This document shows, piece after piece, positions 13,551-27,100 of a stretch of DNA of 64,000 bases; the first letter of the stretch is position 1, and the number at the start of each line of letters is the position of its first letter. A program made the translations under genes and the position numbers. Source of the DNA: Tubiluchus corallicola (taxonomy: Eukaryota; Animalia; Priapulida); assembly GCA_030141605.1 (NCBI GenBank), contig JAQGDQ010000396.1, positions 62,001-126,000 on the forward strand. Reading direction: 5' to 3'. The notes under the pieces were generated by a model. It had not been told where the DNA came from. It saw only the letters and a list, made by a program, of their open reading frames with translations, and ran no database searches.

Positions 13551-13836
13551 GCTTGATAACCAGTTTGTTCTATTAAAAGGCACAACAAAATGTTTCAGAA
13601 AACATATAAAACCAATTCAGATGCAAAACACAGTAACAGTTACTACAGAAGTCATTTAAATGGCTGCTGCACGCCACGGCTATTTAGAAAAGCAGAAACG
13701 CACCAACTGGATTCATAGAAAAACACAGCTTCAAAAAACACAGTTTTACAACAGTTTGGCAGCTTGTATGTAGTTTTTTGTTTTTTAATATATCATAAAG
13801 CAATATGTTTTACCCTTGTAATTAATAATTCATTAC

Positions 13837-13876
13837 CTAGTAATACACTAAATAGCGTTTGTTTATTGTTGACTAA
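13837..13876 (-). promoter_or_regulatory. Putative SYVN1 initiator and short non-coding first exon
   Basis: TTAGTC Inr-like motif at 13876-13871, donor CTAG|GTAATG at 13837, and acceptor TTTTAATAG 19 nt upstream of the ATG. Inferred; no transcript data. Confidence 0.45.
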
Positions 13877-13909
13877 TGAAATACAATTTTGTTTCTGGTT
13901 TTAGGAAAA

Positions 13910-13928
13910 CGTGGTGGGCAACCATTGG
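13910..13928 (-). promoter_or_regulatory. ERSE-I (ER stress response element) upstream of SYVN1
   Basis: The minus strand reads CCAAT-ggttgccca-CCACG, an exact CCAAT-N9-CCACG consensus (NF-Y plus ATF6/XBP1 site). Confidence 0.8.
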
Positions 13929-14629
13929 CTACTAGCGGTCTTCCGCAAGAGTCTGCACTTTGCACTGCAGGTTACAGGCACTAGCGGCATTATGTAACAT
14001 AAGTTTTATTGGAAAAATCATTGAAAATAATATTGTCGGTAGACCTAAACGGCTAACGCTAAAACATCTTGTACGGAATAAAAATATATGTCTTACGTCA
14101 CGTACCAACTCGCTTTTTCCATTAATAGCGGTGGGATACGTTATGGGATAGGAGTGATACCCGGGCATATATACGTTCTATTCCTATTAAAAGAGCTACG
14201 CTAAACAAAAAAAAAATCCAGAAAGTAATGCCGGAGAGGCAGCCAAAATAGCCAGATATCGGATATGGAGGTTATTAAACTGATATATTTTATTCGATCA
14301 ATCTTATGTGCATATATTAGCATTTCGAAACATTTCGGTTATCTGCGCAATATTTCTGAAAATCCAATGCTGATTTAGAAATAAAATTTTCTATGTAATA
14401 GGCGTAGTTCATTTGAACGGCGTGCATTAACTATCAGGGCTCATAAATTTTTTTGTGATCAAAAATTTGGCAACCTTGGCTCGTTAAGGCAAAAAAGTAT
14501 TATCGTAACGTCAGAACGATGAAACAGGGAATCATGTTGATCTTCGCAATGGTGATTGATCACGACGTGTGTTTGGTTACCGAAGTTTGGCAATGCTGGA
14601 CCTGGCAACTAATTCGTTAGGAATTAAAA

Positions 14630-14633
<4 letters not shown>

Positions 14634-14678
<45 letters not shown>
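14634..14678. repeat. (GA)n microsatellite between SYVN1 and L3HYPDH
   Basis: Directly visible. Confidence 0.95.
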
Positions 14679-14679
<1 letters not shown>

Positions 14680-15160
14680 GGGAGAAACAGATAGGCAGAG
14701 AGAGGAGAGCTGAACCGGCTGAGAAGAGTGGGAAGGGACACAGGTAAAGAGGTAGAAGTAAACAGAAAGAAAGCAATCGAAGGCTTTATCCCACTAAAAT
14801 AGTAGAATTAGCAACTGAAAACGTTTGTTAAAAAATCCTTATCGGAAATGTTTTTTCCGTGAAACACATTTTCTAAGAATTTTTTCTGGCACCCTTTTTT
14901 CTGTGAAACACTTTTTCTGGGAAATAAACCTAAAACGCCTACGGCACATTTTATGCTCGGATGATCAGTACACATACTTAGCTAGCATTCGACTGTTATG
15001 TCGCAGACATCGTTGACTTTGTACTTGAGAACGGGTAGGCTACACAAAAACGGAAACTGACTTTACATTGCGGCTATAGCTCAACGTAGCTGTAGTACGT
15101 TAAATCATCAGATCACAGTAGTTTAAAATTATTCAGAGTACCGCATTAATTATATAAAAA

Positions 15161-17209
15161 ATGGCAGACATGCGAAGTAATTGTGGCAATGATAATCCAC
15201 GTCAAAAGATACCGCGTCAAACTTGCATAAAAACCATAGAAATGCACACGGGAGGAGAACCTCTTCGAATAATCGAGTCAGGTTACCCCAAACTGGTGGG
15301 CAAAACTTTGCTGGAAAAGCGATCGTATGCAGAACAGGAACTGGATGTCTACCGCCGTTTTCTGATGCACGAACCTCGTGGACACAGGGACATGTATGGT
15401 GCAGTGTTAGTGGAACCTGATGACCCGTCTACGGATCTCGCAGTGCTGTTCCTTCATAATTCTGGGTACAGCACCATGTGTGGCCATGCAGTAATTGCTC
15501 TGGGGAGGTACGCTGTGGATAGAGGAATTGTGAAACCAGTCAGTCCAGAAACGGAAGTGGCAATTCAATGTCCTTGCGGTATTGTCAAAGTTTATGTGTC
15601 CTATGACAGAGACACAAGTAGTACGGGTAGGGTTAGGTTTCACAGTGTTCCAGCTTTTTCATTTGCTGAAGGTTTGTGTTTCAATTTTTCGTCTTTTTAT
15701 TTTCGACTAGTTCACTTAAGAGATAGTGTTTTGAGCTGTATTACATTTTGATTATCTGAACTGATCCTTTGACTCTCAAGCTGTAAAAAAAACTTGACAA
15801 AAATGAAATCATTTGTAGCAGAGTGTGCAGTAAGAAACACTTCCAGGTACGAAAGTGTGATTTAATTACAGGTGTGGAAATAAATGTACAGAATTATGGT
15901 CAAATGAAAGTGGATATTGCCTATGGCGGAACATTTTATGCAGTGGCTGATGCTACCAAACTCAATCTTGATATCTGCCAATCTCAGACCAGTAAAAGTA
16001 TCGACGCAGCTAACAAAATCTCAGGTACAACATATTCGCGCCAGTGAAAGGGATAGAGAAACGGGAGGGAGAAAAGTGGGAGAGAGAGAGAGATTTGATT
16101 CAACGTTTTATTTCAAACCAAAGGTTCATAGCATACAACATATAACATTTACAAGGAGAGAGAGGGGGGGGGGTTGGAGGAGAGGACAGATTAATGATTT
16201 TGATTTAATTGATTTATTTCGATCACTTGTTCATAATATTAAAAATATTTCATATGTCACCACAATTGCAATTTTATGCATGGTGTCAAATTTGGTTAAT
16301 GTGTTTTGTTATGTGCATGTAAATTTACTTCCATCTGAATCCTATAATGGTACTAAAATGATCTGTTCTATAAAGACGTAATATGGTGAATGTACATGCT
16401 TAACAGAAGAGGTAAAACGTACAATAAAGTTGGCACATCCTGACAGCGAAGATTTGACATTTCTTTACGGAACAATTCTGACTGATGGAAGAGATGAATA
16501 TTCTGAGAAGCCAACAGCAAACATTTGTGTTTTTGCGGATAGTCAAGTAAGTTCAGGCAGAAATCAAAAAGCAGTTTTTCTAGGGTTTGGAACTGGAACA
16601 TAGCTCACTGCTAAGATAACCCTCTAATATGAAACACTTAACTTGGCAGAGATGTAAGCATGTAAAACAAATTAATAGCTGAAAGCTTTTAAAGCTTTTT
16701 TTGGTATACCTAGGTAAATCTGCAAAGCCCTGTATTAGTATTGGTTAATCCATCTCTAAAAATCATCTCTTGCAAATCATTGGGAACCCCAAGGGTTCAA
16801 GATTATAAATGTCCTTATACCAAGCCTGTCATAAGCAGTACTGTCATGAATCATAGAGTACATATGATATCATACATACAGATCACTCAACATACAATAT
16901 GTAATTATTATACAAATTTTACAAACATTTTCACAACAATTCCAGGTTGACAGATGTCCAACAGGCTCCGGAGTCACGGCACGGATTGCACTCCAACACA
17001 GTCGTCAACAAATTAACTTGAACCAAACCAGGATTTTCCAGGCTGCAGCAACTGGTACTATATTTACCGGAAAAGCGGTAGCGGAGACGATGTGTGGTGG
17101 TCGCCCGGCAGTTATAGTTGAAGTCAGCGGGAAAGCTTATTATACGGGAACTTGTGTGTTTACTGTGGAAGAGGACGACGAATTGTGTGACGGCTTTCTT
17201 CTTAAATGA
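15161..17209 (+). CDS. L3HYPDH: trans-3-hydroxy-L-proline dehydratase (proline racemase family), 4 exons, ~355 aa
   Basis: Exons 15161-15671, 15872-16024, 16407-16546, 16946-17209 (1068 nt, phases consistent). Motifs: MHTGGEPLRI, EPRGHRDMYG, MCGH (catalytic Cys), DIAYGG, FLYGTILTDG, NICVFADSQVDRCPTGSGVTAR (Thr at the second catalytic position) and the C-terminal DGFLLK. Confidence 0.95.
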
Positions 17210-18178
17210 AAATAGCTGTAATAAACACTTGAATATGAAATGAAATGATGGGCTAAATAATGTTCGCACTAATTATTACCTTCTATCTACATCATTGTAA
17301 TATTGTCGTCATAACTGTCACTGTCATTGTTGCTGGCTGCTATGACTTGTTATCTGTATCATGTCTTCGTAAAATTATTAAGTAAACAAACTGAAACATG
17401 CTATTGTGTCTTTATACAATTTTATTAATTTACACGTCCATCGGTTATAGTTTTTGAAAATTCCACAGTATGAAAATTTTTGAAACGACAAAGCTGTGTA
17501 GTGATGTGATTAAAGTTGTAAAGAAAGTATCAAAAACATTTTTCAGCTTTGTTTTTTCAACCTAGCAATACATGATTTGGTATCCACTGATATTAAATTA
17601 TTCTTTTATAGTTTTTAAACAGTAAAAACCAGAATCTAAGCTATTACCGCAAATGCGTAAACATCCTCGTAAAATGAATGAGAGCTGGCAGATAAGATTG
17701 TCTAGAAGCAGTTCATTCATTTACTAAACCTTTCGTTTACTTACCCATTCATTTAGTGAACATGCTTAGTGTTGTCAATGTAACCTATAGTGCACTGCAA
17801 CCACTTATTATAACTAAGCTTGCAAGCAAACATTAGGAAGTTAGTGGATTTCTTTAAATCTCTAGTTATGCAATGTTCATAGTATAACAACTTAGTACCA
17901 CTTGCTTTTATGTGGTGCATCAACCAAATTGAAACAAATAGTATAGCTCATCAAAAGGAATAGATGGTCAGAACTTAAAGCACTTTTTCTGATATATTTC
18001 TGATAAAATTTTCCTCCTTTTGCATGGCTTTACTTGAACTAATCGATACAAAGCTTAAAAGCATTAAATCTTGAGACTTCGAAATATAAGTTTTATGTAT
18101 ATATACAGTTGTTACTGATCCATTTCTTAGTATGAAGAGAAAGTTTGCACACAATTCTTCAGTCTGAGCAGACAACTC

Positions 18179-21100
18179 TCAGCTCTTGGCGATGGTATTT
18201 CTGAAAAATAAACAAGCATCTTATTTAAATTAGAAACAAACTTGTGATTAGATAAATACATGAAGTGCACAGTTTAAAACACACAGTGTAAAAATAAATG
18301 AAGTAATGAGGAACTATATACACGTAGTCAGAAAATTACTGCATAATGCAGCTGGAAATCGAATTGACAATGAATCGCTTAGTGGCCAAGCATTAAGCAA
18401 TGAACATGCTTGATAATTCAATATGTGAATAAGCTGAAAGTAAATAATAAAGTTTGAATTGACGAATCAGGTGATCACTGTATATTGTTGTGTCAACAGG
18501 CAAGGTGGTTAATTTAGTAAGTCAGGGACTATGAATTAGTGAATTCACAGCTTCATCAGCAAGGGTCCTGTTAGTTCAGTTGATAAGTAAACTGATACTA
18601 GAAAATTAGTTTGTAAGCATGTGGTGCTTATAGTTTGGTCTGATACGTCCTAATTTCTTCAAATAGTAGATCAAAAATCAAGTCACCAATGTATAAAAGT
18701 TGTACTTTGAACAATTTCTGAATTTTACTGTATGAACAAGTGCTAAATTTAGACATTACACACTCAGAAAGCAAATTGCGTCTTGCTGAAATGTATGTAT
18801 CGGCAGATGCATGTCCGAACCATTTTGCTGCACATTTGAGAGTCTACTTGAACCCTGCAAAATTGTGGATCCAACCTATTTCTTGAGTATTATTTTGTGA
18901 TTCTGATTTCAAACATGTAATGCTAATCTTTCTGATGCCTGAGCTTATCTTTTGTTTCTTCCTAACTGCAAGGTGCCAGGCCCAAAACATACAAATGCTA
19001 GTCAAACACATGCCCATAACCTGCTCATGGGCTCACAAATGGAATATGGTCTGTATGCAGCTCTCATGGAATGCTGGAACCAATCAAGGTGAAACCCAAA
19101 AAGTGGGTCTGTGCACCTTTCTGTATTTGATTTGTCAGTTTGAGCGATATGCAGTTTAAAAGCTTCAATTCAATTCCGTGCCCGCATGAAAGTAATGCTA
19201 AATTAGAAGGTCAGAAAATCTCGCACCTCCAGTGCAACATAAGCCATGCATAAACTTTCATTCCGAGTGAGATAAGCCTTCAGTAAGCGATTGTAAAAAT
19301 ACTCACTGTGTGGCGCCCTTGCTGCTTCCACTTAAAACAATGAAAGGTGATCGAGTGGCCTTCTGCTTTTCTTGCAACATTGACACTGTGTTCAGCGGTG
19401 TATCAGTAGAGCTCATTTTCTTCATCAGCTGAAAAGGAAGAAAAATGTTAAGCTAAAACTTTAAGGCCAGTGTCACACAGAGAAAGGTGTGAGAAGCAAG
19501 CCATAATGCATAAGTCATAAGGCAGCATCTTTAATCTTAGGTTATTCGTATATCATAATCCGTGGTATGTTCCTTGCTCTGTGTAAATAGCTAGGCATTT
19601 ACCACAATCTGTTTTTGGCTGATTAGTGAACTAGCTTTCTTACTGTAATCTAGCTATTTTACCTTAATCAAAATGAGTCAACCACTTAACCCGATTGTTT
19701 CATTTTACATAAGATGGTGTATTAGAAAACAAAAGTTGGAACAAAAGATATGGATTAGACCTATTTACAGAAATAGGCAATTACTTTAAGCAGTATTTCA
19801 GCAGCTAAACAGATGTGCAAATTCGCCTAACAAGCAACGCAGTATTTTAATAAAATTTGTTGCAATGACATCTTACCACAGTTGACTGAATCAAGTCAAA
19901 CAATGCACAGGTACAAACGATGCTTGCTGGGATTATAATGAATTAAAAAGCCTGGATGTAAGCCAGCAAATCTATGAGCTGTGTGATCATGTTGTATAAA
20001 CTTCTAAATGATGCATTTAATATAATATAGAATGGTTTGCTCCAAAATGGGCATAATAACTGCAAAGTTTACTAACGATCATTATTTCCTCACTATAGAG
20101 AGAATAACAAATTTTTTTTCTAGTTTTTAAAAAAAATGTTTCGTTCTTTACACCTCATAGGCTAATATGTATCATAATAGTCTGCATATAATAACTGTTG
20201 CTTAAAAAATGTTGTTAATGTATATGATACCATTGTTTTATGAATTCGCATGAAGTAAATGAACTGTGTACTGCAAAAGCACAAATACGCTAATTATCGC
20301 TTTAGTGATAAGTAAAATATCTTAGAGCATATGAAATTAAAGGCCAAATTCATTTTGCAATAAAGTGCCTTATGAACTGCCAAAAGAGCTTGCAAGGGAT
20401 GTACCATGGATTATGGCATACAGTTCATGGTAGGCAGCAGACAGCAAAGGAGTATACATATAGCAGAAAACAGTGGTCAACATGCATTCGGCTTATGCCT
20501 TACGGATTATGTCCAACTCTGTTGATACTGGTCTAAAGTACCAAGATGTTGGAATTGTTGCAGCTGCTTTTATTCTGCACATGACCAAGTGATGATTACT
20601 CTGCCCTGCATTTTGTCTACTGGTGTATGGTAGAAAACCTCTGCAAGTGACTTATCGAATTAGTCTGCTGGTCTGGAAAGTACCCTACTTTAATCGTTTC
20701 ACTTGTAGAGAATATTGTTATGGAGGTAGTTGTTGTAGGGTGAGGCATAGATCCTCTATACGTCCCGCTTTGAGTTTAGCAATGATTCCCCTCTTCCGTG
20801 TAGATCCAAGCATTTTGTATGGACTTACATGTGATATGAGAAGCCACAGATTGTGGAAGGTGGACAGGAACGCCAGTATAAAAGTACGTAAAAGTAACTG
20901 CAACCCGGACTTTTCCTCAACTTAGTATGTCACTGCTATTTCCTGACCTAGACTTTTTCGCATATTTTGTTCCCCTTTTTTATTTAGAAAAGTGTTTTGT
21001 GCATTGGATGATATGCTATGAGAGATATATGTAATTATTTATTAGTAATTAAGACAACATTTGTAGTTACAAAATTTCATTAGATTTCACTAGTTAAATA

Positions 21101-24100
21101 ATTAATTACATTATAAAAAGAGCAACTATATAAGATGGATCATCACCACTCCTGGGGATGAAAATCGTGTAATTCGACCCACAGACTACTGATCCAGGTT
21201 GAATTCAGTTCAGGAACTTGTAATTGCACAAGTGAACTATTATCATACACACACTCTTTATGGTACAGTCACAAAGCTACAAGACTTACTGTCTCCTCCT
21301 CAATCTTCTTTGCTCGCTTTTCTGTTTTATTTTTGCCTGATCCTTTCCCGTGGAATTTATGTGATAAAAACCGAAAAGCTTCTTTTGGTGCAAGATCACG
21401 ACCTGTGTCGTCAATGTAAGTCAACCGCACGTCAGGCTTATAAGAGTCCTTTTCTCGGAAATCCATCAGCGGGCCAGCTGAGTAGCGATCTCTCCTGGTA
21501 TACTTGTCTTCTATGTCACTGAAATTTAACAAAATAAAAAAAAGATAGTACAGAGAATAGAAGAAACTTCCAAATGAAAAGAAGTGTAAAATATGAGATA
21601 GTAACTATAAAAAATCATTATCATTTTAATGTTCATACATTATCCACGGTTACTAGTTATCCATTTCATAATTGCAAACGTCACCCAGTAATAATTGTGG
21701 TGTGATAGTGTCACCCAAACAAGATAAGGTAACCGCATTGTAGTGATGCCTCTTATCTCTGAGTAATAATGTTCACAAACTCTACACAGACAAACTCTAC
21801 AGACTAGATCACTTCAGCTTTTTCATGTGCTCATCCCTCAATCATAATCATATTATAAAAATGGCAATATGAAAAAGCTATAGAGATCTATGGTCCGTGG
21901 ACATATTATCACTGAAAAAAATTAGGGACCTTTTGCTCAAACAACAAACTCTTTTAAGTTAATGATAACATAATAGCAGCAGGTACTGCCATAATAGCAG
22001 ATGTATGCCATAAAAGCTGTTCCTGCACTAATAAATATCAAATGCAAGCTGTTTGTTAAAATGGCAAATGCCTACAAAATTTCCATTCAGATTTTCCATG
22101 GAGAATGTAAAAACAATACACCAACTAATTTTGAAAATGCAGATATGATGGTCATTGGTGAATATGTTATTAAATCTCAGTGACAATGCTTGTCTTGTTG
22201 CTAGCCCGTCAAAGTACATTTTGTAGGTGAAAGTGTAACAAGACTTAGTGTATCACCTACAACACTTTGCAAATTTTCAGATAAACTGGTTTTTTTAGTC
22301 AGTGACTTGGTAAAGATCTTGTATCAGAAGCAGATATCTAGCAGAAGAAGAATTTATGAAGCATAAGGTAAGAATCTTAATAAAAGCAGGTGTAAATAAT
22401 ATAAAAATACTCACTATGCTGACTTCTCTTCTATTGTGTAATTTTTTGCTTCTAAATGGTGCAATTTTGTAACACCCAAATTTTTATCCTGTGTTGCTTC
22501 CAGGTAACCTATGTAAAAAGACACGTTAACTTATTTCTAGGTGCACTAATTATTCCTTTATAGCTTGACTAACAAATTAAAGGAAAGCTTTGTGAAATTT
22601 AAAGAAACACATTTCGATAATCATTTAAACCTCCCATTATGCTCCTACCACAAACATACACCATCATGACAAGGTATGTATTTAAGGAAATGATATTTGC
22701 TTGAATATCAAATCAAATCAGGTTTTAAAATAATGATAATAAAATGCAACACTTGAGAAAAAAAACAAGAACATTCTTATTGGTCAAATCATACTCTTAA
22801 CATGAAACATGCGCAACACATATTTTTTTCAACTGCAATGTATATCTGTACAGAAGCTTTTAGTTAGGCAAAGAATTCCTAAATAATTTATATGACTTTA
22901 TTCAGCTAACCACTAACTATCTATCAGCATTTACTATCAATTTCTACGTTGTATGCATAAAATTATATAGTCATCTGCTCTTGTAACAAATTTAGCAACA
23001 GTTAATTACAATAAAGCTACCTTTCTTAGAAGCAAGTTCTAACGCTGCTGCAACACCGCCAGCAACAACGGGTTCGTCATCGAGAACGTGCGCATCACTT
23101 TTCTGCAAAAATTGTCGCAAATAAATTTTTCTAATGTACCTCACAATATGAATATTGCAAAAAGGTAACAACTGAAATGCAAATAATACAAAAGAAATGT
23201 TCATTAATTCAACATATAGTTTACAAGTAATTTTGCATTCAATGCAAATTTAATATTTAAGCAATTTAATTTCACAAAACCTCATACAGCACGAGCTGCA
23301 ACCTACAAGAATGAAGAAATTCAATTGCTTGTAAAACAGTGATGACATGTTTGCTACACTGCTTTCGAGTCATTGCTGAAGTGACGAATATGATGCTATA
23401 TTCTACAATTACAAAATCATTATTCCCAGAAACTGTTAAACGGTTCTTTACTGGCCGAATTTAGTATTTTTAGTTAGTACTTATTAAACATCTTGTTGTT
23501 TGATCAGGTTTGCTTTTTCATAATAAAAACTTGCATGAGCTTTTCAAGTAAAGTTTCAGAAATTCTGATTATGCTTGAACTATTCTATATCAATAGGTGA
23601 TGTAAGACATTTTTAATTGATTTGCCAACAGCTTCCAAAAATAAGTTTACAACAATTAAAATACATAAAATGAATATGCAAAATTTACACTGGTTGTGTT
23701 TTCTTATTTGGTAAAAACAATTAGTTGAGCTGTTTGCAAAATTATTATTTTTATGCAATTCGTAAGCTGCATAAAACTGCAAACCGGAAAACATACAATT
23801 ATGCCATTTACAGCAATGTCTGGCTTAGTATTTCTTGGATAAATTAAATCTTGTAGGCATGTATTTAAGAATTTTAAAAGATAGTCCATGTTAAACATAC
23901 TAGCACACTAAGATTTTTAAATATCACATTAATACAAAAGTTAAATAGATAACAAAAAAGTTAAAAACAGATTTTTTACCAAGAAGAATTTCCCTTAATG
24001 AAATATTGTACCTTGATCTCTGCAGGCTTACTATCAATTTCCACTTCCTCCCAACCTGTGGCCTTCACATCGCCATCTTCAAGTTGGCGTTTACGTTTTT

Positions 24101-27100
24101 CGAACAGCTCCATTTCAAAATCCTTTTAAATAAAACAAAAAATGCAAAATACATCATGATAGATGCTATTTGACACCAAAACTCGAACGTGAGTTCTGGC
24201 TTGAAATGCAGAAAGAAGAAATTCATATAAAATACCATATGGACGAGATACATTGTTTATCATAACAGGAAAAACCTATCCAAATCTTAGTAATTTACTG
24301 CTTTTCTGGAATTGACAATCCATAAAGCAATAAAATAAACTTGTAAACTGATGGCATGATTTTTTTTTGTTCGAGACTAAATCTTATCCAATTAAAACAC
24401 AAAATGTTAACACAATACAGAAAATATATTTGTATGTCTGAAAATGCTACCAATAGTTAGCTTAAGCAAAAGTAATTACATTTCACCGTGTTTATTGAGT
24501 GGCGATTGTTTTGGCTACTATGGCCATTATCAAACTACAAAACAAGCCAAAAAAAGAAGAATAAATGATACATTAATGTCACAAAGGCACAAACTGAAAC
24601 AAAATAACAGATTAGAATTTAGCTTATCAAAATAAATGAGGTTGTAACAGAAGAAATTGCAGAGAAATGAAAAAAAATTTACCCAAACTAAGAGAAACAG
24701 ACAAGAACACTACATAGTAAACAATTTGTCCAAATCTACATAATAAAGAACCACGACAGTAATTATTATAAGAATATAACACAACTTCTACATTTTGCAC
24801 AATTTACAAGTCGGAACTACAATAAGGGAACACAGCAGCACGTAAACGTGAAAGTGACACAGAGACTAAATCCACCAGTACCATTACAGAACCTGAAGAA
24901 CATAGTCAAACAAATTTCAAAACACAGAAATACATAGAGTGCGACAAGGTACTACAGATGATAGTTGCATATTAAGAACTAGGGAGTGCTTCATAATATA
25001 TAAGGCCTCTGCTATCTTGAGTTCTTGAACATTACTTGCACTATATTAAATGCTAAATGTAGAGATGAAGTCATCCCAATCGCTTGGTGAGAGTCCAGGT
25101 GGCACTTGCGATGCTGCCTAATTTTAGTACAATTTGCAGTTTGTAGTTTGATAATGGCTAAAGCAGCCGAAACGATCGACACTCATTAAACAAGGTGATT
25201 CCTAGAAGCTACCTCTTTCATGTATTTAATTACATTTCAAACTAACATTTAACATTTAAATAGACAAATTTATTTAACAAGTTTGCAAACAATTTTGATA
25301 AGACTTTGGCACTAACCTTCAGTTCATCTGGATCGTCATCACGGTTACCGGCTTGACCGTATGTGGGGATGTCACCAAGTGTACGACAAAATTCGGAGGT
25401 GGAATTCAATAAAATATTACCTGTTGCTGTACTAGCCGATGAAGTTGCTTCTCTCTTTGACAGTAAACTGTCAGCCAACTGAAATCACATGTACAATACA
25501 AGGTGAGTCAAAAGAAGATTGACTTTTGTACAAATTCACTGTGAGCGTGTCATTTCTTTTCACTTTGTTTAATAGCAATATGTAATATTAAGAACAATAC
25601 AAACGCGCGTTTCCCAAAACTCAGGTATGCAAAAAAGCTGCCACTTTAATGTTCACATGTTTTTAAAATTATAACCAATTCTTTGTACATTACATAAATT
25701 TCAGCACTTCAGTGCAATATGAGCTAAAAATAAAGCATGACTATATAAAACAGAACTTTAATTTGCAGGAGCTACTTGTAATATGAATGAGTGCCAAGTT
25801 AAACTTACATCTTCTAACTTAGCAGAAGCAGGTTTCTCCAAGTGCTTAACTTTGCGAGCTTTGTGGAGAGCAAGCTGCAGTTCCGTTTCCGCTTCATCTT
25901 CTTCCACAGGAATTCCGCTCAGGTCTTCATCCGGGCCTAGCATATCAGCTTCAAAAATAGCGGAATTGATTGTACATAAAAGTGCAAAAGCAAAGACGTT
26001 TGTAGTTTAACGGCCAATCAGAGAAACAAAATAATAGCAACGCAAAGTTAGCAATTTCTCCACACTAGACTGCATATATAATGTCAACATTATTACATAT
26101 CTTCATGTCTGCCAAGCACACTCAACCAGTTGCATTACCGTTTGCAAACTAACATGTCAAATGCATATAGTTTAGTAAAAACAACTTTAAATATTTCCTT
26201 ATAAAAGAGCAATAGCACTCAGAATAAACGTGTACCATATTATTTGTCAAAACTAGAAACTATCTTACAATATTTTTTTAAAAGATAATACTTAATAATT
26301 AATGCATGATAGACAGTTAGACAACGTTATTTCTTTCATACAGGTTTAATATAGTAACTACTGAGTGTCTTACATTCATCAAGAGGCTCCAGTTTACTGT
26401 CTATGTCCATTAAATAGGAATCATTTGCCCTGTCTTCTCCTAAACCAGGAATATTATCCAGGCCTGGAATTATCTGCTCCTCTTTTGATCTTTCTTGTGA
26501 TCTGGAATATCTTCAGAAATTAATTTAAAACCAAACAAGTCAAAAGTCGAGTTTCTCTTAAAACGACTCGTCCAATACAAATAATCCCACAGAAAATTTA
26601 TATAAATGAAGGTAAGTGATGCAAGGTTTATACAAATGATAAAATACAGTTGTACTCGGTATGCACTTTCTTAATTATAAAACTAAAATTAAGAAGTTTT
26701 AATCATCAAAAGACTTGAAAAACAGTTGTTTAGGTACCTTCTCACATATTGTTCATGAAAAGCTGATTACAAGGTTTCACTAGCAAGAATTTGTAAAATT
26801 ACACAAAATTATATATTTTTCGAACACAATAAGCAATGTAAGAAATTTTGTTGGGGAGAAAATTGAAAAAATACACAAATTATGCACTCACTTATGCACT
26901 TATTTTGCGAAAATAATCAGAGGAACCAACATAGGTTCTCAGGAAAATAAATTGGTGAAGATATAAACAGAATTCATTCTAAGCAAAAAACCAGTTATGC
27001 CACATTTTTATTATGCACTTTGGTACTTAAAGACTATCTACAAATACAACACCTAACGGCCGTTTTACACTGATATAAACTAATTGTACCCCTTAATTTT

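Noticed and set aside
20639-20740. ~72-nt hairpin and an adjacent let-7-like GAGGTAGT string
   Set aside because: The let-7-like string lies outside the hairpin and diverges after the seed. The region is a transposon relic and antisense to the host gene.
20903-20922. GAGGAAAAGTCCGGG on the minus strand resembles the RNase P/MRP CR-I motif
   Set aside because: No complementary CR-V/P4 partner found downstream. It is better explained as a mariner-like terminal repeat next to a transposase remnant.
21135-21150. Box C-like GTGATGA in a SART1 intron (candidate C/D snoRNA)
   Set aside because: No box D (CTGA) at a suitable distance and no terminal stem seen.
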